This document shows positions 1-10,286 of a DNA stretch of 30,848 nucleotides, piece after piece (position 1 is the stretch's first letter; every line of letters starts with the position of its first letter). Origin of the DNA: Ignisphaera sp. (GTDB lineage Archaea; Thermoproteota; Thermoprotei_A; Sulfolobales; Ignisphaeraceae); the NCBI GenBank assembly GCA_038821645.1, contig JAWBDT010000015.1, positions 1 to 30,848 on the forward strand, given 5' to 3'. A model generated the notes under the pieces. That model was not told where the DNA came from and ran no database searches. It saw only the letters and a list, made by a program, of their open reading frames with translations. The position numbers were made by a program, and so were the translations under genes.

Positions 1-215
1 ATAGTATACGTATGCAGTAGATGTAGATTCTAAGGAATTACTGGTTCTAGAGAAACCTAGAACCTGTTTCTGCAGTAGTAGTTATACTAGTGTAGATTTC
101 TTTCTATTCAAGCAATGTTCAAAAATCATTGAATTCCGCAATTGCATGACTGATATCCATCACATGCAATATGATTTCAGAAGTGTTTTAGAAGGAGTTG
201 AGTTCATTCAATTGC

Positions 216-291
216 TGGAGCCGCCGGCGGGATTTGAACCCGCGACTTCCGGCTTACGAGGCCGGCGCTCTACCTGCTGAGCTACGGCGGC
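216..291 (-). tRNA. tRNA-Thr(CGT), CCA encoded
   Basis: Reverse complement GCCGCCGTAGCTCAG...CCGGC-CTCGTAA-GCCGG...GGTTCAAATCCCGCCGGCGGCTCCA folds as a cloverleaf with anticodon CGT. Confidence 0.97.
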
Positions 292-415
292 AACCGTTTG
301 TTAAATTGTTAATACAGCTTTAAAAATTGATTTAGCTTTTCCTGATCTAGATATTGGTATGATAAGTGATTTTTAATTAAGTAATGCATTAGATCTTGGT
401 ATTGATGTAAATTTG

Positions 416-492
416 TGGCGGGCCCGCCGGGATTTGAACCCGGGACCTACGGGTTAAAAGCCCGCCGCTCTACCTAGCTGAGCTACGGGCCC
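416..492 (-). tRNA. tRNA-Lys(TTT), CCA encoded
   Basis: Reverse complement GGGCCCGTAGCTCAG...GCGGG-CTTTTAA-CCCGT...GGTTCAAATCCCGGCGGGCCCGCCA. Confidence 0.97.
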
Positions 493-573
493 TTTCTTTT
501 GGTGTTTGTTTATGGTTGTGTAGTGTTTAGGTTTTCTGTGTTAAAAGCTTTTTGCTGAATTGTGCGAGATACG

Positions 574-580
574 TTTATAA
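574..580 (+). promoter_or_regulatory. Putative TATA box of the RNA polymerase operon
   Basis: TTTATAA about 70 nt upstream of the rpoH ATG, in the region divergent from tRNA-Lys. Confidence 0.5.
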
Positions 581-650
581 GTGTGGTTCTGTGTGTAGAG
601 GTTACTGCTGAGTAATAATATTGGTTGGATTATTAGATGGTGCATAATTA

Positions 651-911
651 ATGGTCGCTAGGAAGAGGGGTTCCTCGGTAAATGTAAAGATACTAGAGCA
701 TGAACTTGTGCCTCACCATGAAGTTGTATCACTTGAAGAAGGACTTGAGGTTCTGAAGAGATATGGTATAAAACCGGAGCAACTACCATGGATAAGGTCT
801 AGAGATCCTGTAGCTAGAGCTATTGGTGCTAAACCTGGCGATATAGTTAAGATTGTTAGGAAGAGTCCTACTGGTGGAGAGGTAGTTGTTTATAGATATG
901 TAGTTCCTTAA
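651..911 (+). CDS. rpoH: DNA-directed RNA polymerase subunit H (Rpo5)
   Basis: HELVPHHEV...QLPWI...[25 protein letters not shown]...YRYV motifs; first gene of the canonical operon. Confidence 0.98.
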   Translation: MVARKRGSSVNVKILEHELVPHHEVVSLEEGLEVLKRYGIKPEQLPWIRSRDPVARAIGAKPGDIVKIVRKSPTGGEVVVYRYVVP

Positions 912-927
912 ACATGGTGAAAATGTT

Positions 928-3900
928 ATGAGTTCTATAAATATAGTTAATAAAGAGAATGTATATGCATCACTAGGCCCTATACCTAAAGCGCATATAA
1001 GATCAGAGATCTTATCACCAGATGACCGCTGGGCTATAATGGAGCTATACATCAGAGAGAAGGGATTGACTAAACACCATATAGAGTCCTATAACTCCTT
1101 TATTACCGATCTTTTAAAAAAGATAGTATTCGAAGAACCAGTTATAGAGACATCTATACCTGGTTACAAGGTTTTAATTAAAGGTCTTAGACTTGGTGAG
1201 CCACAGGTAAGAGAAATAGATGGAAGTATAAACAAAAACATAACCCCTATGGAGTGTCGTCATAGAGATTTAACATATGCTGTTCCTCTATATGTAACAT
1301 TTGTTCCTTATGAAAATGATATACCAGAAAGCCCTGTAGAGATAATGATTGGCGAAATACCTCTTATGGTTAAATCTGTTAAAGACCCTCTATCTAAAAT
1401 GAGTCCAGAAGAACTTGTAAATATAGGTGAAGATCCTAGAGATCCAGGAGGATACTTCATTATAGATGGAACAGAACGTATAATAGTAGCACAAGAAGAT
1501 CTAGCTCCCAACAGGGTTATTGTTGATTATGGTCAAGAGGGATTAAACATAACTCATACAGCTAAAGTTGTTTCTTCAACTATAGGCTACAGAATACCGA
1601 TTATAATGGATAGACATAAAGATGGAACACTACATATATCGTTTCCAGCAGTACCTGGCAAGATACCTTTTGTTGTAGTGATGAGAGCACTAGGTTTAGA
1701 AAGAGATATAGATATAGCTTTAGCAGTATCACCTGATCCAGAAATACAGAAAGAGCTTTTCCCATCCTTTATACAGGCAAGCGAAATAGCTACAGTAGAT
1801 GACGCTTTAGATTACATAGGTTCTAGAATAGCTATAGGTCAAGCTCGTGAAAGTAGGATAGAGAGAGCTAAGTATGTTATAGATAGATATCTTCTTCCTC
1901 ATTTAGGTGTCTCACCTGAGTCTAGAATCAAGAAAGCGTTGTTCTTAGGCCAAATGGCGTGCAAACTTCTGGAGCTTGTCTTAGGACGTAGAGCTCCAGA
2001 TGATAAAGATCATTATGCAAATAAGAGGATAAAACTTGCTGGAGATATGTTAGCATTACTATTTCGAGTAGCTTTTAAGGCTTTTCTTAAAGACTTAAGG
2101 TATCAAATAGAACGTGCAAAAGCTAGAGAAAGAAAGATAAACCTTGCCCTCTACATAAGAAGCGATATTATAACTGAAAGGATAAAACACGCAATGGCTA
2201 CAGGAACGTGGATAGGTGGTAGAACAGGTGTTACACAGATAATAGATAGAACCAATTGGCTTTCATCTATGAGTCACATGAGGCGTGTCATCTCGCCATT
2301 AAGTAGAAGTCAACCACACTTTGAAGCGAGAGATCTCCACGGAACACAATTCGGAAGAATGTGTCCCTTTGAAACACCAGAAGGACCTAACTGTGGTCTC
2401 GTTAAGAATCTAGCTCTTTCTGCAACAATAACTGTTGGTGTAGATGAAAAAGTAGTAGAAGTTATCCTCTATCAACTTGGTGTAATACCGCTAATCGAAA
2501 TATTCAATAGACTTAGAAATAACGAGTTAAGCTATGAAGTAATATCCTCATGGAGCAAAGTGTATCTAAACGGTACACTAATAGGTTATCATCCTAATGG
2601 ATCAGAACTAACTGAAAAAATCAGGGAAATGAGGAGAAAAGGAGAGATACATTATGAAGTAGGTGTGGCACACTACAAGACAAAATTTATAGACGAAGTC
2701 TATGTAAATTGTGATTCTGGAAGAATCGTTAGACCGCTATTCATTGTCAAGAATGGTAGATTAGTAATATCTAGAGACGTTATAGAGAAGGTTAGGAAAG
2801 GAACGATATCTTTCGAGTATCTCCTAAAGAATGGTTATGTAGAACTTCTGGATACAGAAGAAGAGGAAAATGCATTAATAGCTATGCATCCAGAAGAAGC
2901 AACTAAGGAACATACACATGTAGAAATATGGCCACCAGCGATAATGGGTACAACAGCTTCAACTATACCATATGCTGAACACAACCAATCGCCAAGAAAT
3001 ACATATCAATCTGCTATGGCTAAACAAGCGCTCGGCCTCTATATGGCTAACTTCATGCTCAGAGTCGACACTAGAGCACACTTACTACATTATCCACAGA
3101 TACCTCTTGTTCAAACACGTGCCCTATCAGTAATAGGATACAACGATAGACCTGCTGGTCAAAACTTTGTTGTTGCTGTTATGAGCTATACGGGATATAA
3201 TATGGAGGATGCGGTTATAATGAACAAATCATCTATTGATAGAGGTTTAGCTAGATCGAACTTCTTTAGACTATATGCTACAGAAGAATTGAGATATGCT
3301 GGAGGACAAGAGGATAGAATAGAGATTCCTGACACTAAGGTTTTAGGGTATAGAGGTAAGGAGGTTTACTCAAAGCTTGAAGAAGACGGTATTGTTAAAG
3401 TTGAAGTCGAGGTTAGAGGTGGCGAAGTACTTATAGGTAAGACAAGTCCACCTAGATTTATAGAGGAATACAAAGGATATGGAATACTAGCACAAAGAAG
3501 AAAAGACTCATCTATTCCTGTTAGACATGGAGAAATAGGTTGGGTTGATACAGTATTTGTAACAGTTACCCGTGATGGGAATAGACTAGTTAAGGTGAGA
3601 GTAAGAGACTTAAGGATACCTGAAATAGGTGATAAGTTTGCTTCTAGACATGGACAAAAAGGTGTTATAGGAGCATTGATACCTCAGTATGATATGCCTT
3701 ACACATCTGATGGAATAACACCAGATCTAATAATAAATCCCCATGCACTTCCATCAAGAATGACTTTAGGTCAATTAATGGAGAGTATAGGTGGTAAGGT
3801 AGCAGCTCTTAGATGTAGATTTACTGATGGAACACCATTCTTTGAGGAAAACATAGAGGATCTAAAGAAGCAGTTACTAGTATTAGGCTATCCTATGGAT

Positions 3901-4383
3901 GGTACAGAGCCTATGTATGATGGAAGGACAGGTGAACTTATAGGAGCACCGATATTTATAGGTATAGTCTACTATCAGAAACTACACCACATGGTTGCTG
4001 ATAAAATGCATGCTAGATCTAAGGGACCTGTACAACTTCTAACGAGACAACCTACAGAAGGTAGAGCTAGAGAGGGAGGACTAAGGCTTGGTGAAATGGA
4101 GCGCGATGCCATAATTGGTCACGGAGCTTCAGCCTTATTAAAGGAAAGGTTATTGGAAAGTTCTGATAAAACTGTTGTTTATGTTTGCGATCAATGTGGA
4201 TTTATAGGTTGGTACAATAAGAAGAAAGAGATATACGAATGTCCTATACATAAAGATAAGGGAACGCTTCATCCAGTAGTAATTCCATATGCCTTCAAGT
4301 TACTGATTCAAGAGATGATGAGTATGGGTATAAAGCCAAGACTTATACTTTCAGATAAACATGAACCATACACAGGAAGCTAA
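928..4383 (+). CDS. rpoB: DNA-directed RNA polymerase subunit B (Rpo2), unsplit
   Basis: GDKFASRHGQKG, RQPTEGRAREGGLRLGEMERD and CPFETPEG motifs; GGTGA SD at 916-920. Confidence 0.99.
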   Translation: MSSINIVNKENVYASLGPIPKAHIRSEILSPDDRWAIMELYIREKGLTKHHIESYNSFITDLLKKIVFEEPVIETSIPGYKVLIKGLRLGEPQVREIDGSINKNITPMECRHRDLTYAVPLYVTFVPYENDIPESPVEIMIGEIPLMVKSVKDPLSKMSPEELVNIGEDPRDPGGYFIIDGTERIIVAQEDLAPNRVIVDYGQEGLNITHTAKVVSSTIGYRIPIIMDRHKDGTLHISFPAVPGKIPFVVVMRALGLERDIDIALAVSPDPEIQKELFPSFIQASEIATVDDALDYIGSRIAIGQARESRIERAKYVIDRYLLPHLGVSPESRIKKALFLGQMACKLLELVLGRRAPDDKDHYANKRIKLAGDMLALLFRVAFKAFLKDLRYQIERAKARERKINLALYIRSDIITERIKHAMATGTWIGGRTGVTQIIDRTNWLSSMSHMRRVISPLSRSQPHFEARDLHGTQFGRMCPFETPEGPNCGLVKNLALSATITVGVDEKVVEVILYQLGVIPLIEIFNRLRNNELSYEVISSWSKVYLNGTLIGYHPNGSELTEKIREMRRKGEIHYEVGVAHYKTKFIDEVYVNCDSGRIVRPLFIVKNGRLVISRDVIEKVRKGTISFEYLLKNGYVELLDTEEEENALIAMHPEEATKEHTHVEIWPPAIMGTTASTIPYAEHNQSPRNTYQSAMAKQALGLYMANFMLRVDTRAHLLHYPQIPLVQTRALSVIGYNDRPAGQNFVVAVMSYTGYNMEDAVIMNKSSIDRGLARSNFFRLYATEELRYAGGQEDRIEIPDTKVLGYRGKEVYSKLEEDGIVKVEVEVRGGEVLIGKTSPPRFIEEYKGYGILAQRRKDSSIPVRHGEIGWVDTVFVTVTRDGNRLVKVRVRDLRIPEIGDKFASRHGQKGVIGALIPQYDMPYTSDGITPDLIINPHALPSRMTLGQLMESIGGKVAALRCRFTDGTPFFEENIEDLKKQLLVLGYPMDGTEPMYDGRTGELIGAPIFIGIVYYQKLHHMVADKMHARSKGPVQLLTRQPTEGRAREGGLRLGEMERDAIIGHGASALLKERLLESSDKTVVYVCDQCGFIGWYNKKKEIYECPIHKDKGTLHPVVIPYAFKLLIQEMMSMGIKPRLILSDKHEPYTGS

Positions 4384-4395
4384 ATGGTGATATTG

Positions 4396-7053
4396 ATGGC
4401 ATTAGACGAAGAAAAGATAATAACAGCCATTAAGTTCGGTATACTGTCTCCAGAAGAAATCAGGAAAATGTCTGTTGTTGAAGTAAAATCTTCAGAAACA
4501 TATGATGAAGACGGATTACCTGTTTCAGGTTCTGTTATGGATCCCCATCTAGGTGCTATTGATCCTGGTCACATATGTCCTGTATGCGGTAATAGTATAA
4601 AGATATGTCCAGGTCACTTTGGTCATATAGAACTTGCTTTACCAGTGATAAATGTTCTTTTTGTCAAACATATCTATGATTTACTTAGAGCTACATGTGT
4701 TAATTGCGGACGAATCAAGATACCTCCAGATGAGTTAGATAGATACTTTAAGTACTACAGGAAACTCAAAGAAAGACATCCCTATTTGGCTAAAAGATTT
4801 TCAGAGTTCATTAAAAAGAAAGCCATAAAAACTACTGTATGTCCTCACTGTGGTTATACCCAACCAAAGATAAAGCTTGAGAAACCTACAACGTTTGAGG
4901 AGCAATACGAAGAAGCTAAAGGCTCGACACGATTGAATCCACTAGTGGTTAGGTCTAGACTCGAGAGAATACCGAGTGAGGACCTAGAGCTTCTCGGCTA
5001 TGATCCACAAGAATCTCGACCAGAGTGGATGGTTCTAACAGTTTTGCCTGTTCCACCAACACCCATAAGACCCTCTATACTTATAGAAACTGGTATAAGA
5101 TCTGAAGATGACTTAACACACAAACTTGTCGATATTGTTAGAACTAATGAGAGGCTTAGGGAACATATAGCTTCAGGAGCTCCACAGATAATAATAGATG
5201 ATCTTTGGGAACTTCTGCAATACCATGTAACAACGTATCTAGATAACGAAGTTCCAGGACTACCACCAGCAAAGCATAGATCAGGTAGACCTCTAAAAAC
5301 ACTTTCTCAAAGATTGAAAGGTAAGGAAGGTAGATTCAGAGGCAATCTTTCTGGAAAACGTGTAGATTATTCAGCTAGAACTGTGATAAGCCCCGATCCA
5401 TACATTAGTGTGAACGAGGTTGGAGTACCAATAGATATAGCAATGAAGTTGACTGTGCCAGAGAGAGTCACAGAATGGAACTTGGAAGAACTGAGGAAAT
5501 GTGTAATAAATGGACCAAATAAATGGCCTGGTGCAAACTATGTAGTAACGCCAGATGGTAGAAGAATAGACCTCAGATATGTTAAAGATAGAAAGAGTTT
5601 AGCTGAATCTCTCTCACCAGGATACATTGTTGAGAGACATATAAGGGATGGAGATATAGCTTTATTCAATAGACAACCATCTCTACATAGAATGTCTATC
5701 ATGGGTCATATAGTAAAAGTTCTACCAGGAAGAACATTCAGATTACATCTATCTGTTTGTCCACCATACAATGCTGATTTCGATGGAGATGAAATGAATT
5801 TACATATACCGCAGACAGAAGAAGCAAGAGCAGAAGCTAGAGAACTCCTCAAGGTACAAAATAACATACTTACACCGAGATATGGAGGTGTAATTATAGG
5901 AGCTCTGCAAGACTACATAAGTGGTGCATATCTGCTTACGGTAAAAACAACGTTATTGAGTAGAGAAGAGGTTATGGATCTTCTATCGAGTGCCGGTATA
6001 GTTAAGGAGCTTCCAGAACCTGCAATACTATCACCAAAAGAGTTATGGACAGGTAAACAGATCATAAGTATGTTCTTACCAAATGACTTCAATTTCCATG
6101 GTAGAGCTAATATTTCAGCAGGTCATCTAAAGTGTGAAGATGTTGAATGTTTCTGGGACTCATATGTCGTTGTTAAAAAAGGTAAACTTCTTCTCGGTGT
6201 ACTAGATAAGAAGAGCATAGGTGCTGAACAGCAAGACAGTTTGTATTACTTTCTTGTGAAAGAGTATGGTCTTGATTTCGCTGCAAAATTTATAGACCAT
6301 GTATTTAGAATATTCATACGTATCTTGGAGAAAAAAGGATTTACGCTGAGACTTGATGATGTTGCTATACCTGATAAAGCAAGAGAAGAAATAAACGACA
6401 TAATATCTGAGGCATTTAAGAAAGTCAGTAAGTTTGTTGAACAGTATGTAAAAGGAGAACTAGAGATAGTACCTGGAAGAACCTCTGAAGAAAGTTTAGA
6501 GATAAAGATTCTTGAAGTATTGGCCGAAGCTAGAGATAAAGCAGGTGAGGTTGCAGTAAAATATTTAGATCCATTCAATTATGCATTCATAATGGCTAGA
6601 ACAGGTGCTAGAGGAAATGTACTTAATTTGACTCAGATGGCTGCAACATTGGGTCAAATGACGGTACGAGGAGAAAGGATATGGAGAGGATACATGGGTA
6701 GAGCTCTATCGCATTTTGGTAGAGACGACATAGGACCACTTGCTAGAGGATATGTTGTGAATAGCTTCTATAGCGGTCTTTCACCTCTTGAGATGTTTAT
6801 TCATGCAGCAGGTGGTAGAGAAGGTTTAGTTGATACAGCTGTAAGAACATCTCAAAGCGGTTATATGCAGCGTAGGCTTATAAACGCTCTTATGGATCTA
6901 TATGTTGAATATGATTATACAGTTAGAGATTCCTGGGGCTCAATAGTGCAGTTTGACTATGGTGAAGATAGAGCAGATCCATCTAAAGCACCTCATGGAG
7001 TGATTGTAAATGTAGAAAGGATTGTAGAGAAGGTGATAGAATGGAAAATGTAG
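4396..7053 (+). CDS. rpoA1: DNA-directed RNA polymerase subunit A' (Rpo1N)
   Basis: Catalytic NADFDGD motif and [10 protein letters not shown]. Start placed at ATG 4396 because GGTGA lies at 4386-4390 (the ORF track starts at 4384). Confidence 0.98.
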   Translation: MALDEEKIITAIKFGILSPEEIRKMSVVEVKSSETYDEDGLPVSGSVMDPHLGAIDPGHICPVCGNSIKICPGHFGHIELALPVINVLFVKHIYDLLRATCVNCGRIKIPPDELDRYFKYYRKLKERHPYLAKRFSEFIKKKAIKTTVCPHCGYTQPKIKLEKPTTFEEQYEEAKGSTRLNPLVVRSRLERIPSEDLELLGYDPQESRPEWMVLTVLPVPPTPIRPSILIETGIRSEDDLTHKLVDIVRTNERLREHIASGAPQIIIDDLWELLQYHVTTYLDNEVPGLPPAKHRSGRPLKTLSQRLKGKEGRFRGNLSGKRVDYSARTVISPDPYISVNEVGVPIDIAMKLTVPERVTEWNLEELRKCVINGPNKWPGANYVVTPDGRRIDLRYVKDRKSLAESLSPGYIVERHIRDGDIALFNRQPSLHRMSIMGHIVKVLPGRTFRLHLSVCPPYNADFDGDEMNLHIPQTEEARAEARELLKVQNNILTPRYGGVIIGALQDYISGAYLLTVKTTLLSREEVMDLLSSAGIVKELPEPAILSPKELWTGKQIISMFLPNDFNFHGRANISAGHLKCEDVECFWDSYVVVKKGKLLLGVLDKKSIGAEQQDSLYYFLVKEYGLDFAAKFIDHVFRIFIRILEKKGFTLRLDDVAIPDKAREEINDIISEAFKKVSKFVEQYVKGELEIVPGRTSEESLEIKILEVLAEARDKAGEVAVKYLDPFNYAFIMARTGARGNVLNLTQMAATLGQMTVRGERIWRGYMGRALSHFGRDDIGPLARGYVVNSFYSGLSPLEMFIHAAGGREGLVDTAVRTSQSGYMQRRLINALMDLYVEYDYTVRDSWGSIVQFDYGEDRADPSKAPHGVIVNVERIVEKVIEWKM

Positions 7054-8225
7054 AAAAGTTTACAAGAACCATTAAAGAGATTGTAGAAAAGAAATTAGCG
7101 AATAAGGCTCCGAAAAAAGTTATAGATGAAGTAATGTCGTATCTAGCTAAATATAGCTTGACAGAAGATGAGGTTAACCAAATACTAGATGAATTAGATG
7201 AAGAGCTTAACGATAACACTATAGAGCCTGGAGAACCTGTAGGTATAGTAGCAGCACAAAGTATTGGTGAACCAAGTACGCAAATGACTCTAAGAACATT
7301 CCATTATGCAGGTGTAAGAGAACTTAACGTTACTCTAGGTCTGCCTAGATTAATAGAGTTAGTAGATGCTAAAAAAGTTCCTTCAACACCACTAACTTAT
7401 GTTTATCTAGAGGAGCCTTATAAATACGATAGAGATAAAGCTATAGAGATAGCTAGAAGAATTGAGTTAACGAAGCTCATCAATGTTGCATCAAAGATAG
7501 ATATAGACTTAGCTACAAACACAGCTATAATTAGCTTAGATCCCGAGATGTTAAATGATAAAGGGTTAAGTATAGATGAAATTATTCAAGCATTGAAGAA
7601 ACATATTAAGAAGGCTGAGGTTTTAATAAGTAATGAAAATCCATATGATGTTATGATACAATTTGAGGAACCAATCAATCCATTGAAGGTTGAGAAAATA
7701 AGGGATAGAATATTAAATGTGAAGCTAAAAGGTATAAAAAACATAAATAAGGTTATAATCCAGAAAAGAGGAAACGAATATGTCTTAGTTTGTGAAGGTA
7801 GCAACCTAAAAGAACTTATGAATACTGAAGGAATAGATTATCGTAGAATAAGAACAAACAATATTAAGGAAGTTGAGGAAGTACTTGGTATAGAGGCAGC
7901 AAGAGCGTTACTTATTGAGGAAATAGCGAATGTTCTAGAGGAACAGGGTCTAGAGGTAGACATAAGACATATAATGCTTTTAGCAGATATGATGACTAGA
8001 ACAGGCACCATTAGGCAGATAGGTAGACATGGTGTAGCGGGTACTAAAGAGAGTGTTCTTGCTAGAGCATCCTTTGAGATTACCGTTAAACAACTCGTCG
8101 ATGCAGCAGTACATGGCGATATCGATGATTTAGAGGGAATAGCAGAAAACGTTATAGTTGGAAATTATGCACCTGTTGGAACAGCTAGAATAAAACTTGT
8201 TTATAATCCAAATATAAAGATATGA
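7041..8225 (+). CDS. rpoA2: DNA-directed RNA polymerase subunit A'' (Rpo1C)
   Basis: [28 protein letters not shown] and LARASFE motifs. Confidence 0.98.
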   Translation: MENVEKFTRTIKEIVEKKLANKAPKKVIDEVMSYLAKYSLTEDEVNQILDELDEELNDNTIEPGEPVGIVAAQSIGEPSTQMTLRTFHYAGVRELNVTLGLPRLIELVDAKKVPSTPLTYVYLEEPYKYDRDKAIEIARRIELTKLINVASKIDIDLATNTAIISLDPEMLNDKGLSIDEIIQALKKHIKKAEVLISNENPYDVMIQFEEPINPLKVEKIRDRILNVKLKGIKNINKVIIQKRGNEYVLVCEGSNLKELMNTEGIDYRRIRTNNIKEVEEVLGIEAARALLIEEIANVLEEQGLEVDIRHIMLLADMMTRTGTIRQIGRHGVAGTKESVLARASFEITVKQLVDAAVHGDIDDLEGIAENVIVGNYAPVGTARIKLVYNPNIKI

Positions 8226-8240
8226 AGAAGGTGGAGAAAG

Positions 8241-8570
8241 ATCTCTGTTCAAAATCAGACAATAGATAACGTAATAAAATTTGTGGTAAGAACTGGGAAA
8301 ATAGTTATAGGCTTTAGAAAAACATTAAAACTAATAAAACTTGGAAAAGTGAGGTATGTAGTGATAGCCTCAAACATACCAGAGGATATAAGGTTCGATA
8401 TAATGTACTATGCATCGCTATCGGGTGTTAATGTTATACCGTTTACAGGTACTAACAAAGAACTAGGTAGTGTTATAGGAAAACCATTTGCTGTAGCAGT
8501 TTTAGGAATAATTGATACAGGTCAAGTACCACCAGAAGTACTTAATAATCTATCTGGTGTAGGTGGATAA
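8241..8570 (+). CDS. rpl30e: 50S ribosomal protein L30e (start uncertain: ATC 8241 or GTG 8283)
   Basis: TGKIVIGFRKTLK...ELGSVIGKPF motif and conserved position between rpoA2 and nusA. The frame is open back to the rpoA2 stop. Confidence 0.93.
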   Translation: MSVQNQTIDNVIKFVVRTGKIVIGFRKTLKLIKLGKVRYVVIASNIPEDIRFDIMYYASLSGVNVIPFTGTNKELGSVIGKPFAVAVLGIIDTGQVPPEVLNNLSGVGG

Positions 8571-8574
8571 GACC

Positions 8575-9036
8575 ATGGTCCAGAAAGCAACAGATATGAA
8601 ACCAAAAATGGATGTAAAGTTAACAATGGATGAATTAAGATACATTTCACTATTTCAAGATATAACGGGGGTTACACCAAAGGACTGTATAGTGAATGAA
8701 GACTTGAATCTAGTGGTATTTGTTGTAGATAGCGATAAACTTGGTCAAGCTATAGGTAAGAAGGGTGGTAATGTTAAGTATGTCAGTAAGGTTATAGGGA
8801 GAGACATAGAGGTAATTGGATGGGCAGAGGATTTGAAGGATTTCGTCAAAAATATATTCATGCCAGCTAGGGTTTACAGAGTTCAGCTTATAGATGGAAG
8901 AGATAAGAAGGTGTTGTACGTGTATGTTGATCCGAAGGATAAAGGGCTAGCAATAGGTAAAAACGGTAGAAATGTAGCTAAAGCACGAGTATTACTCAAT
9001 CGCTACTTCTCTATAGATACTGTAGTCATAATGTGA
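8575..9036 (+). CDS. nusA: Archaeal NusA (KH-domain) transcription elongation/termination factor
   Basis: Two AIGKxG KH motifs (GQAIGKKGGNV, GLAIGKNGRNV). ATG 8575 follows AGGTGGA. Confidence 0.95.
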   Translation: MVQKATDMKPKMDVKLTMDELRYISLFQDITGVTPKDCIVNEDLNLVVFVVDSDKLGQAIGKKGGNVKYVSKVIGRDIEVIGWAEDLKDFVKNIFMPARVYRVQLIDGRDKKVLYVYVDPKDKGLAIGKNGRNVAKARVLLNRYFSIDTVVIM

Positions 9037-9095
9037 TATCCTCTATGAATGGTTTTAAACCAAGAATTATGCAAAACCTATGAGAGGTAAAAAGA

Positions 9096-9539
9096 ATGCC
9101 CGGAAGTAAAGCACCTCTTGGTCTATATGCAGCTAGAAAGCTTGTGGTCAAGAGAAAGAAGTTCAAATGGAGTCAAAGAGATTACAGAATCAGGATGTTG
9201 AAACTTAAAGAAAAATATAATCCCTTAGAGGGAGCCCCAATGGCTAGAGGAATAGTTCTAGAAAAAGTTGGTGTTGAAGCTAGACAGCCAAACGCAGGTG
9301 TAAGAAAATGTGTACGTGTTCAAATAGTTAAGAATGGTAAGGTTGTTACAGCTTTTGTGCCATATGATGGAGGTCTAAACTTTATTGATGAACATGACGA
9401 AGTATTAATAGTTGGTATAGGTGGAAGTAGAGGAAAATCAATGGGTGATATACCAGGCGTTAAGTTCAAGGTTATAGCAGTTAATGGTGTAGCTTTAACA
9501 GAGTTACTAAAGGGCAAAAAACAGAAGCCTTTGAGGTAA
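9096..9539 (+). CDS. rps12: 30S ribosomal protein S12 (uS12)
   Basis: [15 protein letters not shown]...RKCVRVQ...[10 protein letters not shown]. Confidence 0.98.
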   Translation: MPGSKAPLGLYAARKLVVKRKKFKWSQRDYRIRMLKLKEKYNPLEGAPMARGIVLEKVGVEARQPNAGVRKCVRVQIVKNGKVVTAFVPYDGGLNFIDEHDEVLIVGIGGSRGKSMGDIPGVKFKVIAVNGVALTELLKGKKQKPLR

Positions 9540-9544
9540 CTTGT

Positions 9545-10162
9545 ATGTCTACTGAATCAACTACTCAACAAGTAAAAGAACTTCCAATAGTTGATCTAAG
9601 TTCATTAAAGCTATTTGGTAAATGGAGCTACATAGATATTGTTGTAACAGATCCAAGTCTAAAGAAATACATATCACTAAAACCTATAATAATTCCACAT
9701 ACAGGAGGACGTCACGCAAAAAGAAGATTTGGTAAAGCTGAAGTACCTATAGTTGAACGATTGATAAACAAACTGATGAGGAAGGCTAAGAATACTGGTA
9801 AGAAGCATCTCGCTTACAATATAGTTAAAATGGCTTTTGATATAATAAACCTCAAAACAAATGAAAATCCTTTACAAGTATTTGTGCGAGCTATTGAGAA
9901 TGCAGCTCCAAGAGAAGAAACAACAAGAATAATATATGGAGGTATAGTGTATCACGTGGCTGTTGATGTTGCACCAATAAGAAGAATAGATCTAGCTCTA
10001 AGGCATATAGCTGAAGGAGCTTATTTATGTTCATTTAGGTCCTCTAAACCTATCGAAGAATGTCTAGCAGACGAGATAGTAGCAGCAGCTAGTTATGACA
10101 CCAAGAGTTATGCTATTCAGAGAAAAGAGGAGATAGAGCGTATAGCCTTAAGCTCTAGATAG
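9545..10162 (+). CDS. rps7: 30S ribosomal protein S7 (uS7)
   Basis: KLFGKWS...PHTGGRH...[11 protein letters not shown]...[11 protein letters not shown]. Confidence 0.98.
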   Translation: MSTESTTQQVKELPIVDLSSLKLFGKWSYIDIVVTDPSLKKYISLKPIIIPHTGGRHAKRRFGKAEVPIVERLINKLMRKAKNTGKKHLAYNIVKMAFDIINLKTNENPLQVFVRAIENAAPREETTRIIYGGIVYHVAVDVAPIRRIDLALRHIAEGAYLCSFRSSKPIEECLADEIVAAASYDTKSYAIQRKEEIERIALSSR

Positions 10163-10223
10163 CGATGGATCAATTATCCAAGCTCTTTTCCAATGTATTC
10201 GCAACTTTGTGAGGCTACATAGA

Positions 10224-10230
10224 TTTATAA
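10224..10230 (+). promoter_or_regulatory. Putative internal TATA box for tuf
   Basis: TTTATAA in the 124-nt rps7-tuf spacer, 56 nt upstream of the ATG. Confidence 0.5.
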
Positions 10231-10286
10231 GTTCTAGCCTTTATTCAAATTTAGGCAGAATCAAGAGATAGCTAAGTGTGTAGCCT

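Noticed and set aside
43-64. Hairpin GGTTCTAG-N6-CTAGAACC downstream of tRNA-Thr
   Set aside because: Only 8 bp, built on CTAG which is frequent throughout the window, and with no supporting context.
4381-4386. rpoB stop directly followed by an in-frame ATG, suggesting a rpoB-rpoA1 fusion
   Set aside because: The TAA is intact and GGTGA supports independent initiation at 4396; this is ordinary operon packing.
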